Positions 13,968 to 22,893 of a stretch of 64,000 bases of DNA are shown piece after piece (the stretch's first letter is position 1; each line of letters opens with the position of its first letter). Below the pieces are notes generated by a model, which saw only the letters and a program-made list of their open reading frames with translations, ran no database searches and had not been told where the DNA came from. This DNA is from an uncultured Thermomicrobiales bacterium (lineage in GTDB: Bacteria; Chloroflexota; Chloroflexia; Thermomicrobiales; CFX8), in the NCBI GenBank assembly GCA_964577155.1, contig CAZNYB010000001.1, positions 3,250 to 67,249 on the forward strand, given 5' to 3'. The position numbers and the translations under genes were made by a program.

Positions 13968-14246
13968 ATGAATGTGAACTTTGCGCCAACCATCACGCAG
14001 GCTGCCTCCGGAATACTCAACGGGGAGAGTGCGGTGGTGAATGATTCCTGCGAATGTGGCTGGCAAGGCAACACGAACCAAAGGCGGCTTGTCTTTAGCG
14101 CTACCGATGGTTGGAGCGCAGCCTGCCCGGTATGCGGCAGGCTCATTGATCTCTCCGAATGCACCGATTCCTACCGTCTTCAATATTTTCAGGGTATGGC
14201 TCGGGATCAAGGACCGATCTCCCTTTACGCTGCGGTCAGGAATTGA
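13968..14246 (+). CDS. Small hypothetical protein with a zinc-ribbon-like CxC...CxxC motif (92 aa)
   Basis: GGAGG lies 8 nt upstream of the ATG. Four cysteines are arranged C28-x-C30-x22-C53-P-V-C56. Confidence 0.4.
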   Translation: MNVNFAPTITQAASGILNGESAVVNDSCECGWQGNTNQRRLVFSATDGWSAACPVCGRLIDLSECTDSYRLQYFQGMARDQGPISLYAAVRN

Positions 14247-14336
14247 GTCAGCAGTCCTGCCCGCAAGATGTGGGATTCTGGAGTTGATCTAAACAACCAA
14301 GTGGCTACAATGGCATAGACAAGAAGAGATTTCGAC

Positions 14337-17300
14337 ATGACACAACAGCTATTAAAGGAGCCGACTCGTCGTTCTACCGGTGTTGCCGCTAATGATCTGG
14401 AAACAGGAGTCAAGCGAGTTTCAGATATCGATGAAAATGCACCGTCAGTAAATCCTCCGGAAAGGGTGGTCGATCCTTTCGGGGTATCTCAGCCTGGCCC
14501 TAACCGCGTCCCGGTATCGGCCATGAATGATCGCCGCATTGTGACGATCTTGTTTTGTGATGTCACTGGTTCAACTGCCATGGCAGGTCAGCTCGATCCC
14601 GAAGATTGGGCCGAGGTGATGGGCCAGACATTTGATTACCTGATCAGACCAGTTGAGCAGTATGGCGGAACCGTTGCCCGTTTAATGGGCGATGCCATTC
14701 TTGCGTTCTTTGGCGCTCCTCGCGCACGCGAAGACGATCCGAGACGCGCGGTGCTTGCCGGACTGGAGATCCTCGAAGGCATCAAACCATTCCGTGAGGA
14801 AGTGAACCGCCTGTACGGGATGGATTTCAACGTCCGGGTCGGAATCAATACCGGGCTGGTCATTCTCGGTGAGTTTGGTTCCGAACAGGCGTATGAGTAC
14901 ACGGCAATGGGTGATGCCATTAATCTTGCCGCGCGAATGGAACAGACTGCCGCCCCGGGAACCCTTCAGATCGCAACTGGCACCTATAAGCTGGTAGCGC
15001 CGTACTTCGAGACTGTTCCGCTCGGTGAGATTCCGGTCAAAGGGAGAGATGAGCCTGAGGCAATCTATCAGGTTACCAGGCCACGGCATGAACCTCTCCG
15101 ACCAAAGGGAGTCTCCGGACACGCTACGTCAATGGTTGGCAGGGACGCAGAGTTTGGCACTCTACAACAGACACTTGACAACCTCGAAAAGGGGCAAGGT
15201 CAGATCGTCTATCTGGTCGGTGAAGCCGGAATGGGGAAATCGAGGCTCATCGAAGAGCTGAAATTTGAGTGGAATCGGCGTCAGAGCCAGGAAGACGCAG
15301 CTTCGTCGGTCTGGGTTGAAAATCAGATCAATCTCTATGAAGCGCTTCAGCCATATGGTGCTTTTCAGCAGCGTATCCGCAAAGTGTTGCAAGTCAGCGC
15401 CGATGACCAGCCAGAGACTATTCGATTGAAAATTGCGGCAATGGTGGACGCCTTGCCAGTGAAACAGCCGCAGCGAACAGCGTCAGCCATGAATCTGCTC
15501 CTTGGAGTTGCTGATCAAAATGATCAGATGATGGCAAATATGGAAGGCGAGGAGTTTCGTCGCGAGATCTACTCACTTATGCTGGATGCGCTCCGAAACT
15601 GGAATCCTGGCGGTCCGACTATCTACGTCGTTGATGACTGGCATTGGACTGACCAGCAATCGGCTGAGTTACTTGCTCATGTTGTACAGCTCGTTGATGA
15701 GATCCCGATACTGTTCCTTATAGCGTTGCGTCCGGAAACGGAAAACCCGGTCTGGGAAATCGCTCAGCAGATCAAATCTCAATACGCACATCGTCACACC
15801 GAGATCACGCTGGCTCCGCTTTCCAAAACCGCGAGCGATCTCATGTTGGCGGAGATGTTGAATGATCCCTCCCTGACCAGTGAGATTCAGCATCTTGTCA
15901 CCGATCGTGCAGACGGCAACCCGCTCTTTTTGGAAGAGATCCTTCGTTCGCTGGTCGATCAGCAGGTGCTGAAGTTGTCTGACGATCTGTCCGGCAGACT
16001 CACACTTGGTTCTGATGTCGTGTTGGCTCAGGCGTCAGTCCCGGAAAGTCTGCAGGCGCTCCTTCTTGAGCGGATAGATCGACTCTCCTCGGAGGCGCGG
16101 CAGGTCTTACAACAAGCGTCGGTTATAGGCCGAACATTTTCACCGCGTATTTTGGAGGAGATAACAGAAGATCCAGACCAGCTTGAGAATATTTTGCAGG
16201 ATCTCTGTGCTGCCGAACTGGTTTCAGAAGCCGGACACGGCTATGAGACAGCATATGCCTTCCGGCACGCGCTAGTCTGGGAGACTGCATACCGGACGAT
16301 ATTGCGTCGTCAACGCTCGCAATATCACCGTCAGGTGGCTGAGGTTCTTGAAAAAATGTATTCCGGACGGCTGGAAGAGCAGGCCAAAACGATTGGGAAT
16401 CACTACCGGCTGGCTCGCGATGAACGCGGGATCGAATGGTTAATGAAAGCGGCGGAGCGTGCCCACACATTTCATGCCGCCGGTGTGGTGATAGAAGATA
16501 CGAGCCAGGTGTTCGAGCTAGCCAGCGAGCTTTCTATTCCTGTTCCAGCCAGAATGTATTTGTTGCGGGGACAGGCGTTTGAAGCTACGGGAGATCCCGA
16601 GCAAGCGCGAGAGGATTACCATCTGGCGCTTGAGTATGCCCGGCTCGACCATGAAGCCATGGTCGAGTGGCAAGCGGTCGTCAACCTGGGCATGATCTGG
16701 ATGCAGAGTGACTATTCACAGACCGGGGCATATTTTGAACAGGCGCTGGATCTGGCTCGCCGAATTGGTGACGAATCAATAGTTGCCCGGAGTATGAACC
16801 GGCTTGGCAACTGGCATACAAACATAGAGCAACCGGATCAAGCTGTGCAACTGCACCAGCAAGCCCTGGCGGTGTTCTTTCGGCTCGGCGACCAGCCCGG
16901 GTTAGCTGATACCTACGATCAGCTCGGGATGGCCAACCTCATTGGCGGGTATCACGAAACTGCGGCAAATGCGCTCGAATGCGCCGTCCGAATCTGGCGG
17001 ACGCTGAACGACCAGGTTGGATTGGCGACGAGTCTCGGAACATTGACAATGACTATCGGAAGTTTTGATAGTCTCGGGACAGCTCCCGCGTCAAGTTCAT
17101 CATCGGACTGGTTGAGTTTCGGTGAGGAAGCGCTGAATATCGCAAACGAGATCGACTGGCGACCGGGGCAAGCGATGGCCAGATTTATGCTGGCCTACGT
17201 ACTCGGCCGGCACGGCAGTTTCGAAGCGGCTGCTCACCACTCTCGAGAAGCATTGTCAATCGCTCAAGAAATCGGGCACCTTCAGTGGACGATCGCCGCT

Positions 17301-17942
17301 ATGAGCGCCCTGGGATCAGTGTTGTATGACCTGGGACAGTACGAAGAAGCCAATCAGTACTTTAGTGATGCCCTTGTCGATGCGCATCGCATAGGATCCC
17401 GTTACTGGCAGGGAGCAATTTCAGCTTCGCTAGCGGCAACTCAAATGAGGCTAGGGCACTATTCGTTTGCGGAGAAAACGCTCAGACCGATTCTCAAGGA
17501 AAATGCCTCATTGCGGGCGATAGGTCCACGAGTTTGCCGGTATCGTCGGGCCGAACTTCATCTGCTGCAAGGCGAACCTGCTGATGCGCTAGCAATCGCT
17601 GAACTCCTATCCATATCACAGGAGCCGGGAGTCAGCCGCAATCCGGACGTTTCACTTTTGCGCGGCATTGCGTTGGCGGCTCTTGATCGCTATGATGAGT
17701 CATTGGCCGAAATCCAAAAAGCGATCCAGGACTATGGCTACTTTGGACTGCTTCCAGATTGTCTGAGAGCGCATCTGGCACTGGCTTCAGTTCTTGACGA
17801 ACTTGAACGCTCGAGTGAAGCTGACCAGCAACGATCAGAAGCGAGCGAGATCGCGGCAACCCTGGCTGAAAATATAGCGGACCCGGATCTACGGCAGCAG
17901 TATATCGATGGCTCAACCCATCGATGTCACTTTTTGCGGTAA
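14337..17942 (+). CDS. Class III adenylate/guanylate cyclase domain fused to a STAND-type AAA ATPase and TPR repeats (1201 aa)
   Basis: Cyclase homology domain: IVTILFCDVTGSTAMAG...RLMGDAILAFFGAP...VRVGINTGLVILGEFG...YTAMGDAINLAARME. It is followed by Walker A (GEAGMGKS) and Walker B-like (IYVVDDWHW) motifs. The C-terminal ~500 aa are helical TPR-like repeats. No DNA-binding domain is seen. Confidence 0.85.
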   Translation: MTQQLLKEPTRRSTGVAANDLETGVKRVSDIDENAPSVNPPERVVDPFGVSQPGPNRVPVSAMNDRRIVTILFCDVTGSTAMAGQLDPEDWAEVMGQTFDYLIRPVEQYGGTVARLMGDAILAFFGAPRAREDDPRRAVLAGLEILEGIKPFREEVNRLYGMDFNVRVGINTGLVILGEFGSEQAYEYTAMGDAINLAARMEQTAAPGTLQIATGTYKLVAPYFETVPLGEIPVKGRDEPEAIYQVTRPRHEPLRPKGVSGHATSMVGRDAEFGTLQQTLDNLEKGQGQIVYLVGEAGMGKSRLIEELKFEWNRRQSQEDAASSVWVENQINLYEALQPYGAFQQRIRKVLQVSADDQPETIRLKIAAMVDALPVKQPQRTASAMNLLLGVADQNDQMMANMEGEEFRREIYSLMLDALRNWNPGGPTIYVVDDWHWTDQQSAELLAHVVQLVDEIPILFLIALRPETENPVWEIAQQIKSQYAHRHTEITLAPLSKTASDLMLAEMLNDPSLTSEIQHLVTDRADGNPLFLEEILRSLVDQQVLKLSDDLSGRLTLGSDVVLAQASVPESLQALLLERIDRLSSEARQVLQQASVIGRTFSPRILEEITEDPDQLENILQDLCAAELVSEAGHGYETAYAFRHALVWETAYRTILRRQRSQYHRQVAEVLEKMYSGRLEEQAKTIGNHYRLARDERGIEWLMKAAERAHTFHAAGVVIEDTSQVFELASELSIPVPARMYLLRGQAFEATGDPEQAREDYHLALEYARLDHEAMVEWQAVVNLGMIWMQSDYSQTGAYFEQALDLARRIGDESIVARSMNRLGNWHTNIEQPDQAVQLHQQALAVFFRLGDQPGLADTYDQLGMANLIGGYHETAANALECAVRIWRTLNDQVGLATSLGTLTMTIGSFDSLGTAPASSSSSDWLSFGEEALNIANEIDWRPGQAMARFMLAYVLGRHGSFEAAAHHSREALSIAQEIGHLQWTIAAMSALGSVLYDLGQYEEANQYFSDALVDAHRIGSRYWQGAISASLAATQMRLGHYSFAEKTLRPILKENASLRAIGPRVCRYRRAELHLLQGEPADALAIAELLSISQEPGVSRNPDVSLLRGIALAALDRYDESLAEIQKAIQDYGYFGLLPDCLRAHLALASVLDELERSSEADQQRSEASEIAATLAENIADPDLRQQYIDGSTHRCHFLR

Positions 17943-18077
17943 TGTCTGGCAACAGGCGCAACCTGAGCTGCTGAACAGTACCGCTATTGACTCACAACAT
18001 CCTTGACGCTTTCCCGTTACTGATCCATGCTCTGCAGCGGTGAGGTTGTTGCTCATCCATCGCGGGAAGGAGCCTGG

Positions 18078-18896
18078 ATGTCAACGATTCACGGATGGTT
18101 TCAGGTCGAACAGTTTGCGGGTGGAATAATCCAGATCGGTGAACCAGGCCACTATGAGAATGTGAAGTCCTGGCTCGTCGAAGGCAAAACACACGTCGCG
18201 CTGATTGACACTGGCATGGGTGTGAGCGGACGATATCAACTGGTGGAGTCGCTCACTGACAGGCAGCCGTTGGTACTGATCTCTCACGGTCACTTTGATC
18301 ATATCGGATCAGCTCACTTCTACCCTCGGATCCTGGTGCACGAACTTGAATCCGATAAACTCCGAGCAGGGTACCCCAACCAGCGGTATCGTCCCTGGTT
18401 TGCCCGGGAATACATGCGAGAGATCCCACTACCAGAAGGGTTCGATCCATTGACGGCTGAGATCCCGCCAGTCGAGCCATCGGGATACTTGAACGATGGC
18501 GATCTGGTCGACCTCGGCGGGATTCAACTTGAAGCTTTGCATACCCCTGGCCATACGCCTGGAAGTATGGCGTTCTTTGACCGGTCGAATGGAGCGCTGT
18601 TCCCTTCCGATGCTATCGGGCACTGTTCGTTGCTGGTCCACCGGGAAGAGTGTGATCCAGTCGGGTATCGAGATACCCTGCAAAGACTGGCGACGCTGGC
18701 TGATTCGACCGATCAAGTGTTCGTTCCGCACGAGAAGTCACCACTTGGTCCTCAGGATCTGGTTGATATTCATGACGCGTATGAGGAAGTATGGGCGGGA
18801 ACGAAGCCGGTGAGCAGGAAACGGCCAGATGCTGACATCTATGAATTTCCGGAATTTTCTTTCTGGCTGCCGCCGGATTGGAACAGTGAAAGGTAA
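18078..18896 (+). CDS. MBL-fold metallo-hydrolase, tandem paralog 1
   Basis: GAAGGAG lies 5 nt upstream of the ATG at 18078. Motifs: HxHxDH (SHGHFDHIG), HTPGHTPGS, and conserved HGWF / EPGH / DTGMG blocks shared with the next two genes. Confidence 0.85.
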   Translation: MSTIHGWFQVEQFAGGIIQIGEPGHYENVKSWLVEGKTHVALIDTGMGVSGRYQLVESLTDRQPLVLISHGHFDHIGSAHFYPRILVHELESDKLRAGYPNQRYRPWFAREYMREIPLPEGFDPLTAEIPPVEPSGYLNDGDLVDLGGIQLEALHTPGHTPGSMAFFDRSNGALFPSDAIGHCSLLVHREECDPVGYRDTLQRLATLADSTDQVFVPHEKSPLGPQDLVDIHDAYEEVWAGTKPVSRKRPDADIYEFPEFSFWLPPDWNSER

Positions 18897-18902
18897 ATAG
18901 AT

Positions 18903-19742
18903 TTGACCGTGCAAACGAACCACGGCTGGTTTGATGTCCAGGAAGTGGAACCTGATGTCATCATGATCGCCGAACCTGGCCACTTTCAAAATGTTAAATC
19001 CTATCTCGTCAAAGGAACCGAGCGCGTCGCGGTGTTGGATACTGGAATGGGAATCGGCGACTTTTACTCAGTTGCTGCGGCGCAATCCGATCTTGAACCG
19101 GTCGTTTTGCTCTCGCACGCGCACTTTGATCATATCGGACACGCCTACAAGTTCGAGCAGATTCTGGTTCACCCCGCCGAAGCCGGCAGCCTTCGAGCCG
19201 GCTACTCCAATCAGCAGTATCAACCGCACCTGCAGCCGGGCCAGTTCAGAGGTGTGCCGCTGCCGGACGCATTCGATCCAGCGAACGCGAACATCCCGCC
19301 AGCTGAACCGACCGGGGAACTGCATGAAGGAGATGTCATTGATCTCGGTGGTCGATCGCTTGAGGTATTCCATACTCCAGGCCATTCGCCAGGAGGCATC
19401 ACCCTGATCGATCGCAGCGCCAGGCTCATGTTTCCGGGAGATGCGGTCTACGAAGCGCCGATGTATGCCCGTCTTTCAGGTAGCGATCCTGTAGCCTACC
19501 GCGACACTTTTCGCAAACTCGTCATGCTGCTGCCGCTGGTGGACCGTATCTACACCTCTCATGACCGCGTCCCGCTCTCGCCGGGTGATCTGCGGTCGTA
19601 CCATGAAGCCTTCGAGGAAGTGTGGGCCGGTCGGCCACCAGACAGACAACGCCCTGACCGCGACGAATATGATTTTGGCGTCTTTTCGTTCTATCTGCCT
19701 CCAAATTGGAGTCCTCGTCAGCAGAAGGAGCGTCACCGTTGA
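18903..19742 (+). CDS. MBL-fold metallo-hydrolase, tandem paralog 2
   Basis: TTG start (or GTG at 18909) lies 6 nt after the previous stop. Motifs: SHAHFDHIG, HTPGHSPGG, FPGDA. It is alignable over its full length with paralogs 1 and 3. Confidence 0.85.
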   Translation: MTVQTNHGWFDVQEVEPDVIMIAEPGHFQNVKSYLVKGTERVAVLDTGMGIGDFYSVAAAQSDLEPVVLLSHAHFDHIGHAYKFEQILVHPAEAGSLRAGYSNQQYQPHLQPGQFRGVPLPDAFDPANANIPPAEPTGELHEGDVIDLGGRSLEVFHTPGHSPGGITLIDRSARLMFPGDAVYEAPMYARLSGSDPVAYRDTFRKLVMLLPLVDRIYTSHDRVPLSPGDLRSYHEAFEEVWAGRPPDRQRPDRDEYDFGVFSFYLPPNWSPRQQKERHR

Positions 19743-20566
19743 CCACTCACGGCTGGTTTGATGTGTCCACCATTGGTCCCGGCGTCACCATGATCGCGGA
19801 ACCGGGACACGAAGAAGATGTCAAGTCCTACCTCATTGAGGGGTCCCGAGATGTCGCCGTACTCGACACTGGCATGGGCGTTGGCGATTTTCGCGGGTTG
19901 GTCGATTCCCTGTCTGACAGAAATCCGGTTGTGTTGCAGTCGCACGCACACTGGGACCATATCGGAGACAGCTCGAGGTTCGAACGGGTCTATGTTCACC
20001 CTGCCGAAGAGACGCATCTCGCAGAAACGTACCCAAATGAAGATCTGCGTCCCTGGTTTTCGAGTGAGAAGCTTCGCGGTATCCCCTTTCCAGATGAGTT
20101 TGACCTGAACACAGCGTCAATAGCTGGCACACGGGCGGCTGGATACCTCAATCATGGCGACCGGATCGATCTTGGAGACCGCACGGTAGAGATCTACCAC
20201 ACCCCCGGTCATTCTCCGGGCGGCATCTCCATTCTGGACCGCAGCGCGAGGTTGCTCTTTCCTGGGGATGCGGTCAATATCGGACCGATCTACCTCTTTA
20301 GCGTTCAACAAGCGGACCTGAAAGCCTACCGGAACACAATCGCTCTGCTGGCCGAACTTTCCGCAGAAGTCGACCTGATTTACCCGTCACACTATCAGGT
20401 GCCGATGAATCCAGAGCAGGTGGTCGCCGTTCGTGACGCATTCGAAGAAGTGCTGGACGGACGCCAACCCGATGCTGTGCTGACTGACCGTGAAGTGTTT
20501 GATTACGGATGGTTTGTGTTCTGGATCGCTCCTGGTGCGCGACAACAGTTTCAACGAGAGGATTAG
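19739..20566 (+). CDS. MBL-fold metallo-hydrolase, tandem paralog 3
   Basis: A TTG at 19739 is preceded by GAAGGAG (8-nt spacer) and overlaps the paralog-2 stop (TTGA). The longest ORF starts at a TTG at 19706. Motifs: SHAHWDHIG, HTPGHSPGG, FPGDA. Confidence 0.8.
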   Translation: MTTHGWFDVSTIGPGVTMIAEPGHEEDVKSYLIEGSRDVAVLDTGMGVGDFRGLVDSLSDRNPVVLQSHAHWDHIGDSSRFERVYVHPAEETHLAETYPNEDLRPWFSSEKLRGIPFPDEFDLNTASIAGTRAAGYLNHGDRIDLGDRTVEIYHTPGHSPGGISILDRSARLLFPGDAVNIGPIYLFSVQQADLKAYRNTIALLAELSAEVDLIYPSHYQVPMNPEQVVAVRDAFEEVLDGRQPDAVLTDREVFDYGWFVFWIAPGARQQFQRED

Positions 20567-20572
20567 CGACCC

Positions 20573-21487
20573 ATGACGGCAGGCAGCTACGAATTCGTCC
20601 AGGTCGACGTCTTCACCGACCGTCAATTTGCCGGGAATCCGCTAGCGGTGTTCCTTGATGGCAGGGGCCTGTCTGATGATGAGATGCAGGCTATTGCGAA
20701 GGAGATGAATCTTTCTGAAACAACGTTTGTTTTTCCTCCGGACAACCCTTCACATACTGCAAAAGTTCGGATCTTTACGATTGCACATGAGCTGCCATTC
20801 GCCGGGCATCCGGTGATCGGCACATCCTGGGTGCTGGCGACGCTCGGACGAGTGCCGGATGGCGGTTCGGCTCTGACGTTAGAACTCAAAAAAGGACCGA
20901 TCTCAGTTCGTCTGGAGGGTGATGCTCAAGCGCCGGAGTTTCTCTGGATGGACCAGGGTGTAGCCAGTTTCGGCGAGGAGCTTAAAAACCGGGAAGGGTA
21001 TGCGGCTGCTCTCGGGCTGACCACTGATGATCTGCTGCCTGGCGCGCCTGTCCAGATCGGATCAACCGGGATCGAGTTTCGCTACGTGCCACTGAAAAAC
21101 CGGCAGACCGTTGACCGGGTCGTGTTTGATCCGGTTGCGATGGATGAGCTCGCCACCGGGGCTCATGCGGGTTTACAGGCGTTCTTTTTCTTCGCGCCGG
21201 ATGGGGAAAATCGCGTTTACTCGCGGATGGCAGGATTGCAGGCTGGGATGATGTTTGAGGATCCTGCCACTGGCAGCGCAAATGGGCCGCTCGGCGCGTA
21301 CCTGGTGAAGGAAGGCCTGGCCACTGGAGACGACATTGTCAGTATTGTGAGTGAGCAAGGAACGAAGATGGGACGGCAGAGTTTTATTCATCTCCGCGTC
21401 GAACAGACGGATGGCGTCCCGGGTCGTATCGAGGTCGGCGGGTCGGTCGTGCGCGTGTTTGAGGGTACACTCAGGATCGACAGATGA
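20573..21487 (+). CDS. PhzF-family isomerase/epimerase-like protein
   Basis: The N-terminus FVQVDVFTDRQFAGNPLAVFLD...LSETTFV and the two-domain length (~300 aa) are typical of the PhzF/DAP-epimerase-fold family. The gene starts 6 nt after the preceding stop. Confidence 0.8.
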   Translation: MTAGSYEFVQVDVFTDRQFAGNPLAVFLDGRGLSDDEMQAIAKEMNLSETTFVFPPDNPSHTAKVRIFTIAHELPFAGHPVIGTSWVLATLGRVPDGGSALTLELKKGPISVRLEGDAQAPEFLWMDQGVASFGEELKNREGYAAALGLTTDDLLPGAPVQIGSTGIEFRYVPLKNRQTVDRVVFDPVAMDELATGAHAGLQAFFFFAPDGENRVYSRMAGLQAGMMFEDPATGSANGPLGAYLVKEGLATGDDIVSIVSEQGTKMGRQSFIHLRVEQTDGVPGRIEVGGSVVRVFEGTLRIDR

Positions 21488-22893
21488 CAGTATCACCAAC
21501 CATTGCCGAACAGATGGCAGCTTTTTCAACTGAACTCAACTGGCGACAAATTCCAGATTCTGTGCGCCATGCCGCGGTTCGACATCTGGCCGATACATTG
21601 GCCTGTGCTATCGCAGCCGCCGCTGAACCTGATGCAGAAGCGATTGAGATTAGCCGGAAGTACGCGCTTCGGGGGATTGCGCGGCCGGAAGCGACGATTA
21701 TCGGATCTTTGATTCAGACCGAGGTGCGCTCCGCATCGTTTGTAAACTGCACGATGGCACGCTACATTGATGCAAACGACATCTATCTCTCGAAACGCGA
21801 TGGCGGACACTTCTCGGATGCAATCCCGGCCGTTCTTGCCATGGCGGAGATGACCGTGGCAACTGGTCAGGCTCTTCTCGAAGCCATCGTCGTTGCCTAC
21901 GAAATTCAGGCTGTGCTGGCTGAGAGTTATCGATGGATGACACGAGGCTTTCATTCGGTGTCCCAAGTAACGGTCGGCGTCGCCGCCGCGGTGGCCAGGT
22001 TGCTCGGTCTTGATTCGGATCGGACAACTCATGCGATCAATCTGGCGATGACCTCCGGGTTGATTCTGCAGAGCTGGCTAAAACCTTCCGAATCAGTCCC
22101 GGCTATCAAAAGCGGATCGGCCGGGTTGACCGCCGAACGAGGCATCCTCTGTGCTGAGCTGGCCGCGGATGGAATCACAGGTCCGCCCGATGCCATTGAG
22201 ACGCTCTTTGACCTGCTTCCTTCCGACAGTGACCCTGAGCCAGTTCGCTGGCTAGGTAAGCGCTGGACAACAAACCGGAACGCCATCAAACCGGTGCCAG
22301 CTCAGATCTACACCCAGGCTGTTATCCAGTGTGCCGAGCACCTCTATCAGGATGGGTTGCGATTGGACCAGGTCGCGTCAATTACTGTGCGATCGAACGA
22401 TGGAGCCTGCGGCAGAGTGCAAGGGGCACCCGAGGCGTTTACCCCGCAAACCCGGGAGAGCGCCGACCATTCGACTCCTTTCGTCGTCGCGATGACCTTG
22501 CGCGATGGTCCAATGAGCCCGGCCACGTATGATGGGCGTCCCTGGTTGATTCCAGAGCTGCGTGAAGCGATGGCACGAATGGAACTCATTATCGACGATG
22601 CGTGGCAACGCAACATGGTCGAAGATGGCGTGTTGGGAGCGGAGATGATCGCAATTGACATGGCAGGTAAGCGTTACGAAGCGGTGGTGGACCAGTTCAC
22701 CGGCCACCCCGACCGGCCGCTCAGCGATTTGCAGCTCGTTGACAAACTGGAGAAGTTCCTTGCCAGACCGCATATTCAAAGCCAGGGCGCCGGGTCCAGG
22801 CTGTTTGACGCATGCCTCGCCGTGGAGCACGCTTCTTCGATAGCTGATCTTGTCATGGCTTGTCAGATCACTCCGCCTGGCGATACCGGTTGA
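21484..22893 (+). CDS. MmgE/PrpD family protein (2-methylcitrate dehydratase superfamily)
   Basis: 469 aa. The N-terminal pattern (..LNWRQIPDSVRHAAVRHLADTLACAIAA..) and overall length match MmgE/PrpD. There is an ATGA start/stop overlap with the PhzF-like gene. Confidence 0.75.
   Translation: MTVSPTIAEQMAAFSTELNWRQIPDSVRHAAVRHLADTLACAIAAAAEPDAEAIEISRKYALRGIARPEATIIGSLIQTEVRSASFVNCTMARYIDANDIYLSKRDGGHFSDAIPAVLAMAEMTVATGQALLEAIVVAYEIQAVLAESYRWMTRGFHSVSQVTVGVAAAVARLLGLDSDRTTHAINLAMTSGLILQSWLKPSESVPAIKSGSAGLTAERGILCAELAADGITGPPDAIETLFDLLPSDSDPEPVRWLGKRWTTNRNAIKPVPAQIYTQAVIQCAEHLYQDGLRLDQVASITVRSNDGACGRVQGAPEAFTPQTRESADHSTPFVVAMTLRDGPMSPATYDGRPWLIPELREAMARMELIIDDAWQRNMVEDGVLGAEMIAIDMAGKRYEAVVDQFTGHPDRPLSDLQLVDKLEKFLARPHIQSQGAGSRLFDACLAVEHASSIADLVMACQITPPGDTG

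Noticed and set aside
18027-19738. Longer N-terminal extensions of MBL paralog 1 (from 18027) and paralog 3 (from 19706).
   Set aside because: Both paralogs have a GAAGGAG SD correctly spaced before the downstream start (18078 and 19739). The three proteins align from HGWF onward, which makes the extensions unnecessary. I could not exclude the 19706 start for paralog 3.
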